DNA of 64,000 nucleotides from Fimicolochytrium jonesii. Taxonomy: Eukaryota. The notes under the pieces are model-generated. The model saw only the letters and a program-made list of their open reading frames with translations. It ran no database searches and was not told where the DNA came from. Within the stretch, counting starts at the first letter, position 1; every line of letters begins with the position of its first letter. A program made the translations under genes and the position numbers. Where the stretch lies: contig NW_026515674.1 in NCBI RefSeq assembly GCF_025526975.1, positions 1 to 64,000 on the forward strand. Direction: 5' to 3'. This document shows, one piece after another, positions 11,918 through 24,024 of the stretch.

Positions 11918-12931
11918 GGTTGGTTTCGAGGGTTGTGAGAAGGGGCGAGGGTAAACAAATTGGCGGTTTTGGAATTGAAGATGGCGGGCTAAGCGAGGAG
12001 GTCTCTCTTTTATTATGGCCAGCGAACTGGGCTTGACAAGCGGCTTTCGTCACACCCATTTTGCACCCCCAAAACGCCGTAATCAATGATAAAATGCACA
12101 GAATAGCAACGCAAAGAAGGTTGCCGAACGGCGGGCGGGGAGCCAACCTTGACATCATGCATTATCGCCCAATATGGGCTTGTGAAAGTAGGATCTGCGC
12201 ACGGCCCATGTGTCAGGCGCGTGCGAAGAGGAGACCCGTCAAGCAAGCCATGCTTGATGATTCATGCATCCTGTCACATTGGATATTCTGTCACTGACCG
12301 CACAAGCGTGCGAACAGAACTTCCCTTCTTCATGCAACGCCGAAGTGAAAACTGCGTGAGTCGGTGGAGCCTTTCACCAATCCTGCCCGTGCGCCGCAAC
12401 TCTTCCAGGTTAAGAACGCTCTCGAACACAACACCCCGTGTCGGCGGCACATGCAGATGGGCCTGAGGCTCCGACCGATGTACAGTACTTGTGGATGTCT
12501 TCTCTTAGATTCATATTACAGTAGATCCTGGCCAAAAGTCATCCGTCCTTCACCGCGGGGCGCAAGAATAGAGGCTCTGTACAAGGCAGTTGCTTTTGGG
12601 ACTTCACCCACGACGAAGCAAACCCAAGGAGAACAGAGTCCACCTGAACATGTAAGCGCATAGAAAACATCGGTTTGCTTTATGTTGATACGAGACGCCT
12701 TTGGAGTGAGGGTCGCATCCTAATGCCAGGCGAGATAGACGTGCGAGCTAGAAGCATCACCTTGAACACTATAAGTACTGTACACCTCCGGGCTAGGGTG
12801 CAGTTTAGTGGGTTTTGCCCCCGTAACCCACCCGATCCAGAAGCTTCTACTGCGCGTGTTCTCAGCACGCGCATTCCCGGAATCTTAACCCTGATCTTGA
12901 CCCACCATCTCGCAATTCCAAACCCAAAATC

Positions 12932-13840
12932 ATGCCCAGCATGGAGCAGTTCTCCAGCCCCACCCTACGCGCTGCAGAGGAGTACCCTTGGTCCCAAGAT
13001 CGCGAGGAATTTGAATTGGAAGTGGCCGAAGAAGACTACGACCAGGCATTCAATTCACTGAAGCAATTGAGCGGGAGAAGGTGGATATTTTGGAAGAACA
13101 GGAGATAGAGGCCCGCTTAGGACTAGCCAACTCTCGTCACCAGCACTTGTGCTATGATGATCCCGGTGCCACACAGTCCCATTCTTGCCCACCGACACCG
13201 AGCATTCCGGCTCGCCCATCGACACCGAGCATTCCGGCGAGCATTCCGGCGAGCATTCCGAAGACGAGGAACCTACTGAACATCTAGACCTCACCTGGGA
13301 AGATATTTTCGAGATAACAAGGACCGTTGAAAGCACAGTCCAGTTCTGTTTCAATCAGAGACTTATCCTGACCAAACGGACGTGCCCAAAGCCAAACTGC
13401 CGTGGCAGCGACATGAGCCTGGTGAAGGACCAGACAATAATCGACGGTCTCCGCTGGCGCTGCAAACGTGCAGGTTGTCGCAAAACCCTCTCAGTTTGGA
13501 CCGGTAGTTTCTTTAGCCGTTCCCACCTGTCGCTTGCCCAGGCACTCAAGATCATGTACGCCTGGAGCCAACGCCTTCCGCACGCCGATGCCCAACATCA
13601 AGCGGGTGTCAGCACCAAAACGAGCCAGACAACCTGCGACTGGTACCACTTTTGCCGGGAGGTTTGCGTAATGGCGGTGCACGCTGGGGACGATGGGAAG
13701 ATTGGTGGGCCAGGGAAGACGGTGGAGGTCGACGAGAGCAAATTCGGCAAACGAAAGTTCAACAGAGGAAAGCGGGTTGAGGGAATTTGGGTTTTTGGGG
13801 GTATCTGTCGTGAGGATAAGCGGAGCTTCCTAGTACCCGG
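12932..13840 (+). mobile_element. Truncated, frameshifted Merlin (ISXO2/IS1595-like) transposase
   Basis: Zn-ribbon CPKPNC..WRCKRAGC, TGSFF, IGGPGKTVEVDESKFGKRKFNRGKRVEGIWVFGGICR; breaks off before the remaining catalytic residues. Confidence 0.88.
13195..13260 (+). repeat. Short tandem repeat (GAGCATTCCGG x4) in the Merlin N-terminal region
   Basis: Directly visible; encodes EHSG repeats. Confidence 0.8.
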
Positions 13841-14312
13841 AGCTTCCTTACCCTCTAAGAATGTAGTCTTCCGTAGTTTCTTTTCGCTGCATTGCTAGTG
13901 GAACTTCCCCGACTAGCGGCCTCCACGCCGAGCGGATCACCGTCCCTCAACAGTGGTCTGGCGCGCCATTGCAGACGATGGGAAGGAGGGAGTGGTGTAT
14001 CTTCGTGACTGGTGGTCTTACGCATTTATCCTTCGCCTCCCGATCGGTCGGAATTGCCTCGATTGCACCATGGGATGGCTAGTCGGCACGACACGAACAT
14101 CAGCTGCATGCAGTGCTTACCTGTCCCGAGTTCGCGTTTGACAGTTTTGACAACCAAAGCGGTGGCTGTGCATTTCATGGCGTTATGGGCGATAGGCTGC
14201 TACTTGTACAGTACTCTATGTACAGTACAGTACACTACATACATATGCGACACTGCGCTCCGAGAAAGTCCGTCACCGAACCGTCGACGACCAGGGTTAC
14301 CGTCCAAATGTC

Positions 14313-16976
14313 ATGAAGGGAACGCAACGCTCGGCCTGGAGAACCGTCGAATTTGAAGATGAACAGCCAAAGTTTAGCGCTTTTGGGGACTCGGGAGCCC
14401 TTGTTATATCTCCGTCATACGTTGCCCTAATCGCACTGATATCAATCACTACCGCTAACCTCTCGAGGGAAGGGCTGAGAGCTATCGTAGGATCTAGAGC
14501 GGTCCGGAGGTAAATACCTGATGTCCCTTCTATTGTCTTTCTTCACGCTAAACCCGTGGTTCCCGTGACATAGGTGGAGAACGCTCTTCAAGGATCATGT
14601 GCATGGAACGGCAACGTGAGTTCTTTCCAGAGAGTTTTGAGACGGGTATCAAACTACGGGGGACTAACAGTGATCCTTAACCTCAGACTGCGATGTTTTT
14701 TCTGCAACCAAGATGTCACATTTAACAAGGAAGAATTGGCCTTGCGCGGGGAGAGGAGCTGGCGATGCGGTGAATGCGGCAGTATGAATGGGAGCGATGA
14801 GGTTAGTAGGACGGATGGCAGGTGAGCATTATCATATACCAGAAAATACCTACTGACATAAGCGAATTGGATTGCCAATAGCTGGACAGACAACGGCACA
14901 ACGGGACAACGGCAATAGCTGAACAAATCAGGGGACCCATAGGCGGTTCCTCGACAACATGGTCTTCAAACGAAACATCTCCATTCTGTCCAACATGCAC
15001 GCAGAACCATGAGATTGTCCGGAGACTAGTAGCAGAATACGACCCGCAGGATGATGTGGGTACCCACCGGGATCCTCAAATAGGCGCTAAAGCGTGGGGA
15101 TGTCTGACAACTGATTCCCACTCAGGAGTACTTTCATGAGACGGTCGACTCGTATAGGTCGCATCTCGAGGAGGTGTACCCTTCGACATGCGCATCTTGT
15201 TCAGAAGTCGTCTCGGCAAAACTGGCCGCCGAATCTCTCAGGCTGAAACAGAGATTGTTTTATCAAAGGCTCAGGGACTCAAGCGCATGGGCTGAGGAGG
15301 ATCTGACGGTTGTCGGGAGCTGGTTAGAGAGCTCCGGCGCGATCTGGGCTGTGGTGTGGGGCTCGGATTTGTGTTGGTGGATGGCGACTATGGCTATGAG
15401 CGTATGGCATTTGCGTGGTATGTACAAGACGACCAATTCGTGGGCAGGTTTGGTCAGGTGCTAATATGACGTCTTGATCAGGCGTGTTATACCCGCATTC
15501 TTTTACAAGCTCAGCGTACTGGACCTCTCTCGATAGGGAGTTCATCATCAAATCACAGTCAAATATTCCCACTGCTTCGGACTCTTTGATGCCGCCCGTG
15601 TTCTCGAGCATCTTGCGTCTGTCATGTCTTACCATGCCACCGCCAGAGTCAGCGGCCAACGCCGAATGTTTCCAGGGAACGACAGCGGCGCTACTGCTGC
15701 TAAACACTCTGTCTTTGCCCGCCGTCTTTGCTCGGTGGCACCGGTCGTCTTCGAAGAGTCGCTACACGTATGGATTTGGCGTGATGGTAAGTCCCTTCTA
15801 TCGTATCAGAATTGAATTGCAAGTAGTGTCTAATGCGCCTTTCACTCCCAGGGGCGACGTGCAACAATTACTCTCGCCCACTTCATCGCGCTTTTTGCAC
15901 TTCGCGACAACGATTGGAATCCTGGACATACAATCTTCATTCATGTGTTCTTCCTGTATCGGCAGGCGTATGAATTCTCCAAGATGTTGATGGACTCAGT
16001 AGTATGGCAACGCGTCTGGGCGTATCTCGTCGACGGGGACTCTGGTGGTGCGACACATTCTGATCCTAAACAAGATCAAAAACATTCCAATGCGGACCCT
16101 CTCACCGAGGAAGCTTCACCTAGAACGCCATCATCACCGTTCGTTACTTTACGGCCGACGCACACAAACGCAACATCCCGCTTCATATCCACTCCCGCAA
16201 TGCAATCCACGCGGCCCACATCGTTCGGCCCCTCTCCCTGCTACCATCGGTCATGGGAATCGTCGACGGCAGACCCATCAATGCTCGGCATCGAGCGCGC
16301 GTTCATGACTTCCACCCGGCTCACCGACGCTGACACTCACCCTACGCCGGTCACCCCCAGTCTTCCGGTGTTTGCTCAGAGCAGGCAACGCTTCAGGCGG
16401 ACGGCCGCCTTGGTGAAATTGTGGGTGGCCATCGATGCTCTTGCTCTTTGTCTCTCACTTCTTTTGAAGGGTGATGACATAGCAGATGAAGGCCCGGATA
16501 TCTATACGGTTACAGGCGAAAGGCCTACCCACAGCAAATTCCGGAATTCTTTTTCAGCGAGCATACTCGTTCTCCGACTCATAACTGCATTCGGCGCGCG
16601 GTCGTGCCACAACCACTTGCGTGACCGCGTCGCCGCCGCATCGGCGAACGACAATGGCCGACGCACCGCGACCAGCACCATACGCTGGCGCTATCTTGCC
16701 CGTTTACTGGCCCTGCGCTTCGCGGGTACGGGCATCGTGATGCTCTTACCGGTGCTGTCAACATCTGCCGTCACTCCTCGCCACGATCCAATGCAAAAGT
16801 CAACGCCCGCGACCGTGGCGCCTCTGCCCATCGAACTGCCGGCCGTCTTTCAAGAGCACTACGGCCTTCACGTGGTGTGGACTGTGTTGGCAGCTCTGGC
16901 AGCGCGGATTGGGCTGACCGGTGCTCTGGAGCTGGCGCTGTTGGGGGTTATTGGCGTACTGTTGGTTTGGGAGTAG
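14313..16976 (+). CDS. IMA1: Inner nuclear membrane protein Ima1/TMEM201(Samp1)-like; multi-exon, start uncertain
   Basis: Ima1_N cysteine pattern CFFC..WRCGECGSMN, FCPTCTQNH, LEEVYPSTCASC; downstream TM segments; several GT-AG introns. Confidence 0.8.
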
Positions 16977-17426
16977 TTGTAGGAGAGGTTTTATTTTAGA
17001 GTTTTGGGGGAGAAGAGAATTCAAGGAAGTGCATCGTTTGCCGGCTATTCTTCTGGATACGGTCTTCTGCACCAAGCGAGCAAATGCAATCGTGGCCAGT
17101 GGAAAGAGAGATCCGTCTATGCTCGGCTGCCGGAACTACACACGAAGACGTTTATATTATTTCCATTATATGGACAAGAACAGGGAGCATAACAGGGGGA
17201 TAGGGAAAACGAAAGTACAAACGAGAAACAAAAGAATGTGCACAGGAAAGGTAGGAAGGGAAGGGATTCCAGTAGGTAAAAGGGATGTGGTAAATACACT
17301 TAAGAAGGGCACTACAACGCGGGCAGGCGGACGACAATTTGCTCCGGATAACTTTCTGTCAACGGCGCCAAAGTCCTATCCTGTCCAAGTCCACAGGTGG
17401 ATCCAGCTATCCCCACATAAAAGCTC

Positions 17427-19025
17427 CTAATACCTAACATCGTACATGCGCCCCTGCTGGTGTCCATGTCCCGCCTCATCCCGTCCCATCGCCGCCAACC
17501 GATCATCACTGAGCAACGGGTCGCGGATCTCCCACACGTTCGATTTGCCGCCCACAGAGAACTCGAGGTCCTCCTTCGTGATCGAGTCCCAGTATTTGTA
17601 GACCATCATGACGGCGAGGAGGGAGCAGATAGTGCCAAAAAACATGCCGTCGACGTAGTGTTTGGCCATGTCGCAGATTTTGGTGGAGAGGACGAATTCG
17701 AAGATGCGGCCGACCACGAAGAACGCGAAGCCGACGAGGATGTCGCCTGTGCAGAAAGATCAGGTTAGCTTGACAGTTTTCAATTTCTCGTGGTTCGATG
17801 TGATATGGATTCCGTACCTAGAGGCCATCGGTCATCCAGGGTGTTGACGACCAGCACGATCTGGAGCACGACGTAGATCAAGATGAAAGCCACGGAAAAC
17901 ACAAAGTAGAAGACGAACAGAGCCGTTGGGTCGGTTTTGCTGAATCCGGGCATCTTGGTGAAGGTGGCGATGTTGATAAAGAAGCTCAGACCCCAGATCA
18001 CGAGGGAGCTGATGCGGATGCTCTGTGAGGGACGGGAAACTGGGTGATGAGTTGACTGCGTGGCGGTAGATTGGTACACCAAGTCGAGACGTACCCAGAG
18101 TGACAATGGCGTGCCGTCCTCAGCCCACTGGAATCCGACGAAACCGTTGAGCAATAGGCACCATAAGGTTGTAATGATCATGGCGATATGTGCTGCTGCA
18201 AAGTACTAGGACGAAACGACAATAGTCAGTATTCTAATATAACCGCAGTCAAACGTTGTTCGTACTCCGGCGCTCAGACTTACTGGATACGATGCGTGAG
18301 CTGTTTGTATGATTCCAGACACGACCAAGAACTCGAGGATAATGGTGAGGAAGTACATGTAAAAGAACATAACGATTTCCTTTCGTCCTATGAGAATAGA
18401 AGAAGAATTATAAGCAAAGGATCTACAACCTTGCGCAGGAGAAATGTACTTACCGACGGCGGTATACTTTGTCTTGATGTGGTAGATCATGATGCCTGTC
18501 ATGAACAGAGCGATGATATGTATTACGAGAGTTGCTGGGAAGGGAAAGCGAGGTTAGAAGTCGTTCGATTGCAACAATAAGATTTCTGCCTCGATCTCCA
18601 TATTCAATTCAAGGATGGCCCTTGTCGAGACCCAAGAATGTGGTGGGACTAGACCTCCGATAGTCTGCTGGCTTCCAAAACAGCCCTCAGAAAGGCTTTC
18701 TCCGCGCGACTCCATCCGTCGTCCCTCGCACCTTCATCGACTGCGACCTTGCCCTTGTCCTGTAAGACGCAGACCCGTTGACATTCCAACATTCCCGAGT
18801 GTCCCCCTTCCACCGTCATTCCCTTCTGTCGAAAGTCCGGAGCAATTGCATTCCCTCATAACATCCTCCAAACGCACCTGGCTCAAAAATGAGCAGCTTC
18901 CCCATCTCAATGTTCCTAGAGTAACATATCGGCTCTATCCCGGTCTCTGAGCCGACCAGCGGACACAGACTGAGGGCTATTTGGTTGCAAAAGTAGTCGA
19001 ATTTGCCGAATTCGAAGCTGGCCAT
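17427..19025 (-). CDS. CHS7: Chitin synthase III export chaperone Chs7, multi-exon
   Basis: FGKF..FC...LSLCPLVG..GIEPICYSRN; KYTAVGRKEI; LLLNGFVGFQWAEDGTPLSLW; MMVYKYWDSITKEDLEFSVG. Confidence 0.95.
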
Positions 19026-19467
19026 TGTGACGGGTTCGTGGCGTGGGTGGAAGAGAGAGTTGGGTTGTGAGTTGGTTGCTCGACACTCGTAGTTGTTCCG
19101 GTGGGCGTGCTGGAGAAGCTGCTGTCTGTCTCAACACTATCGACGGTTCCTGTTGTCGGTTTTGCTGACGGCTTTCACACTTCTGGTGGTGGGTGAGGTA
19201 TGACGGACCGTCCTCGCTCCTTCTGTACTTTGCAAAGTGATGTGGAACCGACCAACGCCCCGTAGAGTATGTACACTACTGCCTCTTCCGTATGCCGCAG
19301 AAAGAGACGCCGTTTCCCAGTCGGTTGGTTGTGAGTGCGGGTGTCCGTGAGAAAGTGGCCAGCAAGTTGGAGGGCGGGTCAAGAAGCCAGACGCGAAAGG
19401 AGGATCGCCTATTAGCACAATTGGGATGGGATGCAAATTCATCAATAATCATGCCAACTTAAAGCGG

Positions 19468-19492
19468 CTCTCTCTCTCTCTCTCTCTCTCTC
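19468..19492. repeat. (CT)n microsatellite
   Basis: Directly visible. Confidence 0.9.
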
Positions 19493-20485
19493 ATCAATTC
19501 TCAAAGCAGCCGCACACGGACATCCCCACGTCGCGTCCTCCTTCAGTGGACCTTCACTTTGGGAAAATCAATTATGATGGCCCATGTGAGGGCGTGCGAA
19601 GTCACCGCCTCCCGCCCGCTCCACCCCGTCATCGCTTGAAACAGCAGTTGATTGCGCATCGACTCCGTGGTCACGTGCTTGGAGCCTGAATAATTCGTGC
19701 TTTCTTTTGCCGACTCTTCAACCTCTCATCTCTCGACACTCCTCAACAGAGCAAGTTTATACACCACACATAAAAAAGAGGTGAGTACCCTTCTCCACCG
19801 AAACCAAAGCGTTGCTCAATGTGAGTACTGCTGGTTCACTCTACGATCGTGCTGAAATTGGAGGGTGACAAATTCTACTCATTATGCTGCAGATCCGGTG
19901 GATGAAAGCGTTGGAGACTCTAGCTGTTATTAGAATTGGAAAACGGCGCGGCGGAAACTGAGCGGGGTGTGAGAGGACCGCGAGGTGTATACTAAGCTGC
20001 AATCCTTTGACCGAGGTTTCTGCGGATCCGTAAATATGGGCCACAGAGGCTTTGTGCATATCTCGGAGAGCGGCCTCTGCAAATGTCGGTTTTGTTGAAG
20101 AAAACGTCAGCATGAGAACACGCGTCCGTGCAACTTGTCTCGGTGGGGCTTTTCCTTCCCCTTGGCGTTGCTGATGATCGGAGGCGCCTGTGTCCGCTCC
20201 CAGGTTCCAAGCGGCCTTGGCTGTGTGACTCTGTAATTAAAATGTGGGTCCAGGATCGGCCGAGCCCCGAATTTCTTGAAACTTGCAGTGTGCAAGTGTG
20301 CGGGCGACGCCCTTCGTATAAAAGCAAAGACCCCCAGACAGATCCGTTTCCTTCAAGGATTCACGGACAGACATATATGTACAACCTCTCTCCTTTGACA
20401 TATACCTAGTACCCGCCAGAACTGCTGGTGTCCATCGCCATCCCCCCTACTATTCCCGACACTCTCCCGCCCAACAACAACAGCC

Positions 20486-21610
20486 ATGGAGTCCGGCCGA
20501 GTCGGAAAGCGCTACCGACACTCCGGCGACCGCTGCTGCTGCTTCCCCTCCTTCAAGCACTTCTGCTGCTTCTGCTGTCTCATCATCCTGCTCATCCTCG
20601 CCGCCATAGGAATCGCCCTCGGCCTCCTGTGGCCAAAGGTTCCCGCCAACGGTCACGGCAACCCGTATGTGGCGGAGTCGGCCGATGGGTTTACAGCGGT
20701 CTTGCCCAAAGATGTGAAGAACGGGACCTCTACTTGGGCACCTGGTGTTCTGCCGAGGTTTCCTACTAGCCCGACTTCGGGGTTCGGTTTCAGCGTTGGA
20801 GCTGGATTGGATGTCTGGGCTGATAACCAGAACAAATATGCCATCGCTGCCGATAAGGTTACTGCTACGGTGAGTTTCTGGGAGGGGCGAACCCGCGAAG
20901 GCGGGAGCGAGGGCATTCATTCGAGCATTCTGCGCGACATTGTTGTTTCCCTTCATAATTCCATATGTCGTCACATGCTGACCATCCCTCTCACATATGT
21001 GTTATAGGGCACGATCAACGACATATCCGGCCAGCCAATCGACACCTCCAAATTCAGAATCTTCGTCGACATGGTCGATGTCTCTTTCCCGAAAGGCCGA
21101 AACACCACTGTCAAGATTCCAATACAAATCATATACAACGGCGCAATCACCGATCTCGTCGGTACCGACGACAAGGTCCTCCAATTGCTCTCCTCCAGCT
21201 GCAACACGCCCATTCTGAACTACCAACCCAACGGCAACTCGCCACCCTTGGCGTTCAAGTTCGACGTCCAGATCTCACCCGAGGTCTTCAAATTCGTCAG
21301 CATCCCGATCAGCTTTGGACCGCTGAACTTTGCGTGCCCTGATTCCCTCAAAACTCAATTGGGCGTCCTGAGTAAAACAGCGGAGCCTTTTGTGAAGGTT
21401 CTTGGCGCGGCGGGTACCCTGGCGGGCGGAGGTGGCCCTGGCGCCGTGGGGGCGATAGCGAGCAGCGCTGGCGTGGCTATCCCGACGGGTATCCCCACGG
21501 CCCTTCCGGCGGGGATTCCGGGAGGAGCGGTTCCGACGGACTTGGGCGCCGCTGCTTCTGCAATCGGCGCAGGCGCTCTGCCGACGGCAATTCCCGATTT
21601 GGCGGCGTAA
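20486..21610 (+). CDS. Single-pass membrane protein with LEA_2-like domain; exons 20486-20869 and 21008-21610
   Basis: Cys-rich juxtamembrane region, TM ending LWPKVP, a VWADNQNKYAI (NPN-like) motif, and GTGAGT...TAG intron joining the frames. Confidence 0.7.
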
Positions 21611-22180
21611 ATGAGCAGGTCTCATACAAACAAAGTGTAGACTACCCTTTGCGTATTCATAGCCTTGAAATTCTTCTGTGTAGATAGACGGGCCACGTTT
21701 TGAGTTTCTTTGGCTCTGTATTCTTTAACTTAAGAATCAAAGCGACTCGAAGGGGACACATTCTAAGGACTACTCTCATCCAATGCCGCAAATAACCGAG
21801 ACGTTACCGGTCTTCGTATGATGATTGCAAGATTCGCGATGTATATATACTTGAAAACCAACACCTATGAAGACGCCGAGCGCAGGCTACGTGAACGCTA
21901 AAACTAAGCGGTACAGATGGTGGGGCGCTACATACGAAGACACGCCGTTGTGCGGTGCTGGGAGAGCGGGGCAAACAACAAAAGCAACTGCTATCTGAAG
22001 AATCTACCTACACGACAAAACTACAAGTGCTTTCGAATCGTATCGCACTCGCTTTGCGAAACGATGGCCTGCGTGCACATACGCCGGAGAAAGGATCCGG
22101 CATATAACCGTGCGCTGACATAAAGGGACACTCAGAATGCTCGCTCCCCGACCTCCGGCTCCTCCGCTAGCGAAAAGCCC

Positions 22181-22794
22181 TCAGAACAAACAATCCAAAC
22201 AACAGCACAACGCAGTTCCCGCGGCCCTAAAGGTTCAACCGCATTAGCACACATTCCCGTCTCATCCCAAAAACATCGCAAAAAACTTACAATCCGGTTA
22301 CAAGGCCACTGCTATTATTCTTCCCCTGCGCTTGCTGCTGCTGCGGGACATAGTGAGTGCCCGCCTGCGGCTGCGGTTGGTATGCGTACTGCTGCTGTTG
22401 CTGGGGGTACTGTGGCTGTTGGGGATACGACCCGTAGGTCTCCTGCGGGTACTGTTGCGAGGGGTATTGCTGTTCAGATTGCTGTTGTTGCTGTTGTGGG
22501 TGGGGGTATTGGCTGCCTTTAGGGTCGTGGTTGGCGGGAGGGTAGGCCGCGGCGGGGTACGGGCTTTGTTGCTGTTGCTGGTGTTGCTGGTATTGCGGGA
22601 CGCTGGCGCCGCCTTGTTGGGGGGCGGGGTAGCCTTTGTCTCCTATTTGGGAATATGGACAAGTGAAAATCAGACGAGGTGCACTCATGACGTGACGAGG
22701 AGGGATTCAACGGACGGAACGAGCGAGAGCACTGAGCATACATACCACCGGCGCTGTTGTTGTTGGTCTGGTAGTAGTATGGCTGGTCCGACAT
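22181..22794 (-). CDS. Gln/Pro/Tyr-rich CYSTM-domain tail-anchored protein, multi-exon
   Basis: QQPQYP-rich body; terminal exon encodes AAGTALCCLDCLF*. Confidence 0.8.
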
Positions 22795-22970
22795 GGCTTC
22801 GAATCCTGCGATCGTATAGCTAATCGGTGGGGATGGATGCGGGAGCTGTGTAGAGTCAGAGTTACGGTTCGCATTACGGCGGGTTGTCCGGCGGGTGATG
22901 TCACTAGCGCCGTACATGAGGTGTAACATATGATATTTCCAATAGCTACGACGTTCATCAGGTATCGAAA

Positions 22971-23042
22971 GGGGATTTAGATCAGTGGCAGATCGTCTGC
23001 TTTGCATGCAGAAGGCCAGCGGTTCAATCCCGCTAATCTCCA
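22971..23042 (+). tRNA. tRNA-Ala (TGC)
   Basis: GGGGATT/AATCTCC acceptor stem with G3:U70, GATC D-stem, TCTGC-TTTGCAT-GCAGA anticodon arm, GGTTCAATCC T-arm, downstream T-run terminator. Confidence 0.95.
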
Positions 23043-23779
23043 CTTTTGTTTTTTTGGTCTAACGCGCATAGCTGTTTTTTATGGACATTAGGGGGTTACG
23101 CTGGGGTGGTTTCACGCCTTTTTTTCATCACCGACTTCAAGGATTCGTTCTGCGGAAACATAACAATGGAAGAACCAAGCGTCAACTGCTACTCGACGCC
23201 CGTATCACCATCATCACTCACCTTTTATTTGAGCGAGATTGACAAAGCAAAGATTCCGAGTACTCTGTGGAACGTCAAGCCTTTTTGGAGCTCGGGAGCA
23301 CTGCCTGATCGCAGGGCAATGGATCCATCGATCGGAAACATGGGGTAGCTTCCCCCCTAAATACTGGCGTACGTTCTCGGCGCATCTTGCAAAGTTCGGA
23401 AGATGAGAATTGTTACAACCAAACATATGCCTCCAGTTCCACTTTTCTTTGTTGCTCGTCTGATTTCCTCTGAACCACGCTTCCACTTCTAATAGCTGTT
23501 TCCCTCTATTTGGTGCCTATATGTTGAGGGTGAAAGCAGCTAGCCTGAGTCGGAGTTGGTTTCTGATGACGAGGGCGCGCGCGCGATGAGAAACGCGAGA
23601 AGAGCTTACATATTACCCTCGGGTACTGGATAAGCGGCCGGAGTTGTGTACTGTAAATTCGGATGGAAGCCCTGAGCTGAGAGCGGCCACGTTTCGAACC
23701 TTCGCTACATCCTACCCCGACCAAAGGCCTATTTTTGGGCACTCCTCGCGAAAGAGACAGCGAGGGTGGTTTTGCGAGA

Positions 23780-23797
23780 AAGAGAGAGAGAGAGAGA
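23780..23797. repeat. (GA)n microsatellite upstream of the acyltransferase gene
   Basis: Directly visible. Confidence 0.85.
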
Positions 23798-24024
23798 GCC
23801 GGCTGTTTGGTTTGGGAGGTCTTTCCGTGTTCCTCAACCATATCTGCTGGCTTTTTCACCAACCGTGTATGCTTTCCTGCTGCCCAGGGTAATTTGCCAT
23901 TTGCGCAGAGTTCCTTCCATTCCTTCGTGGACCGGTTCTCCGCCCGTAAACGAACTTCACCTAGCGGTTTCACTGCTCACAGCACGCACACGCAAATTCT
24001 GTAGACCCTCCGAAACTCCGACGA

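Noticed and set aside
13195..13260. Short repeats as a CRISPR-like array
   Set aside because: Eukaryotic context, no unique spacers of regular length, and the repeats are coding tandem repeats
18535..18875. Long (about 340 nt) first intron of CHS7 as another hairpin-element copy or snoRNA host
   Set aside because: Lacks the shared GAGC/GCGAAGC blocks and has no convincing C/D or H/ACA layout
23046..23500. Protein-like minus-strand fragments next to the tRNA
   Set aside because: Short, broken frames with no motif I can assign to a family
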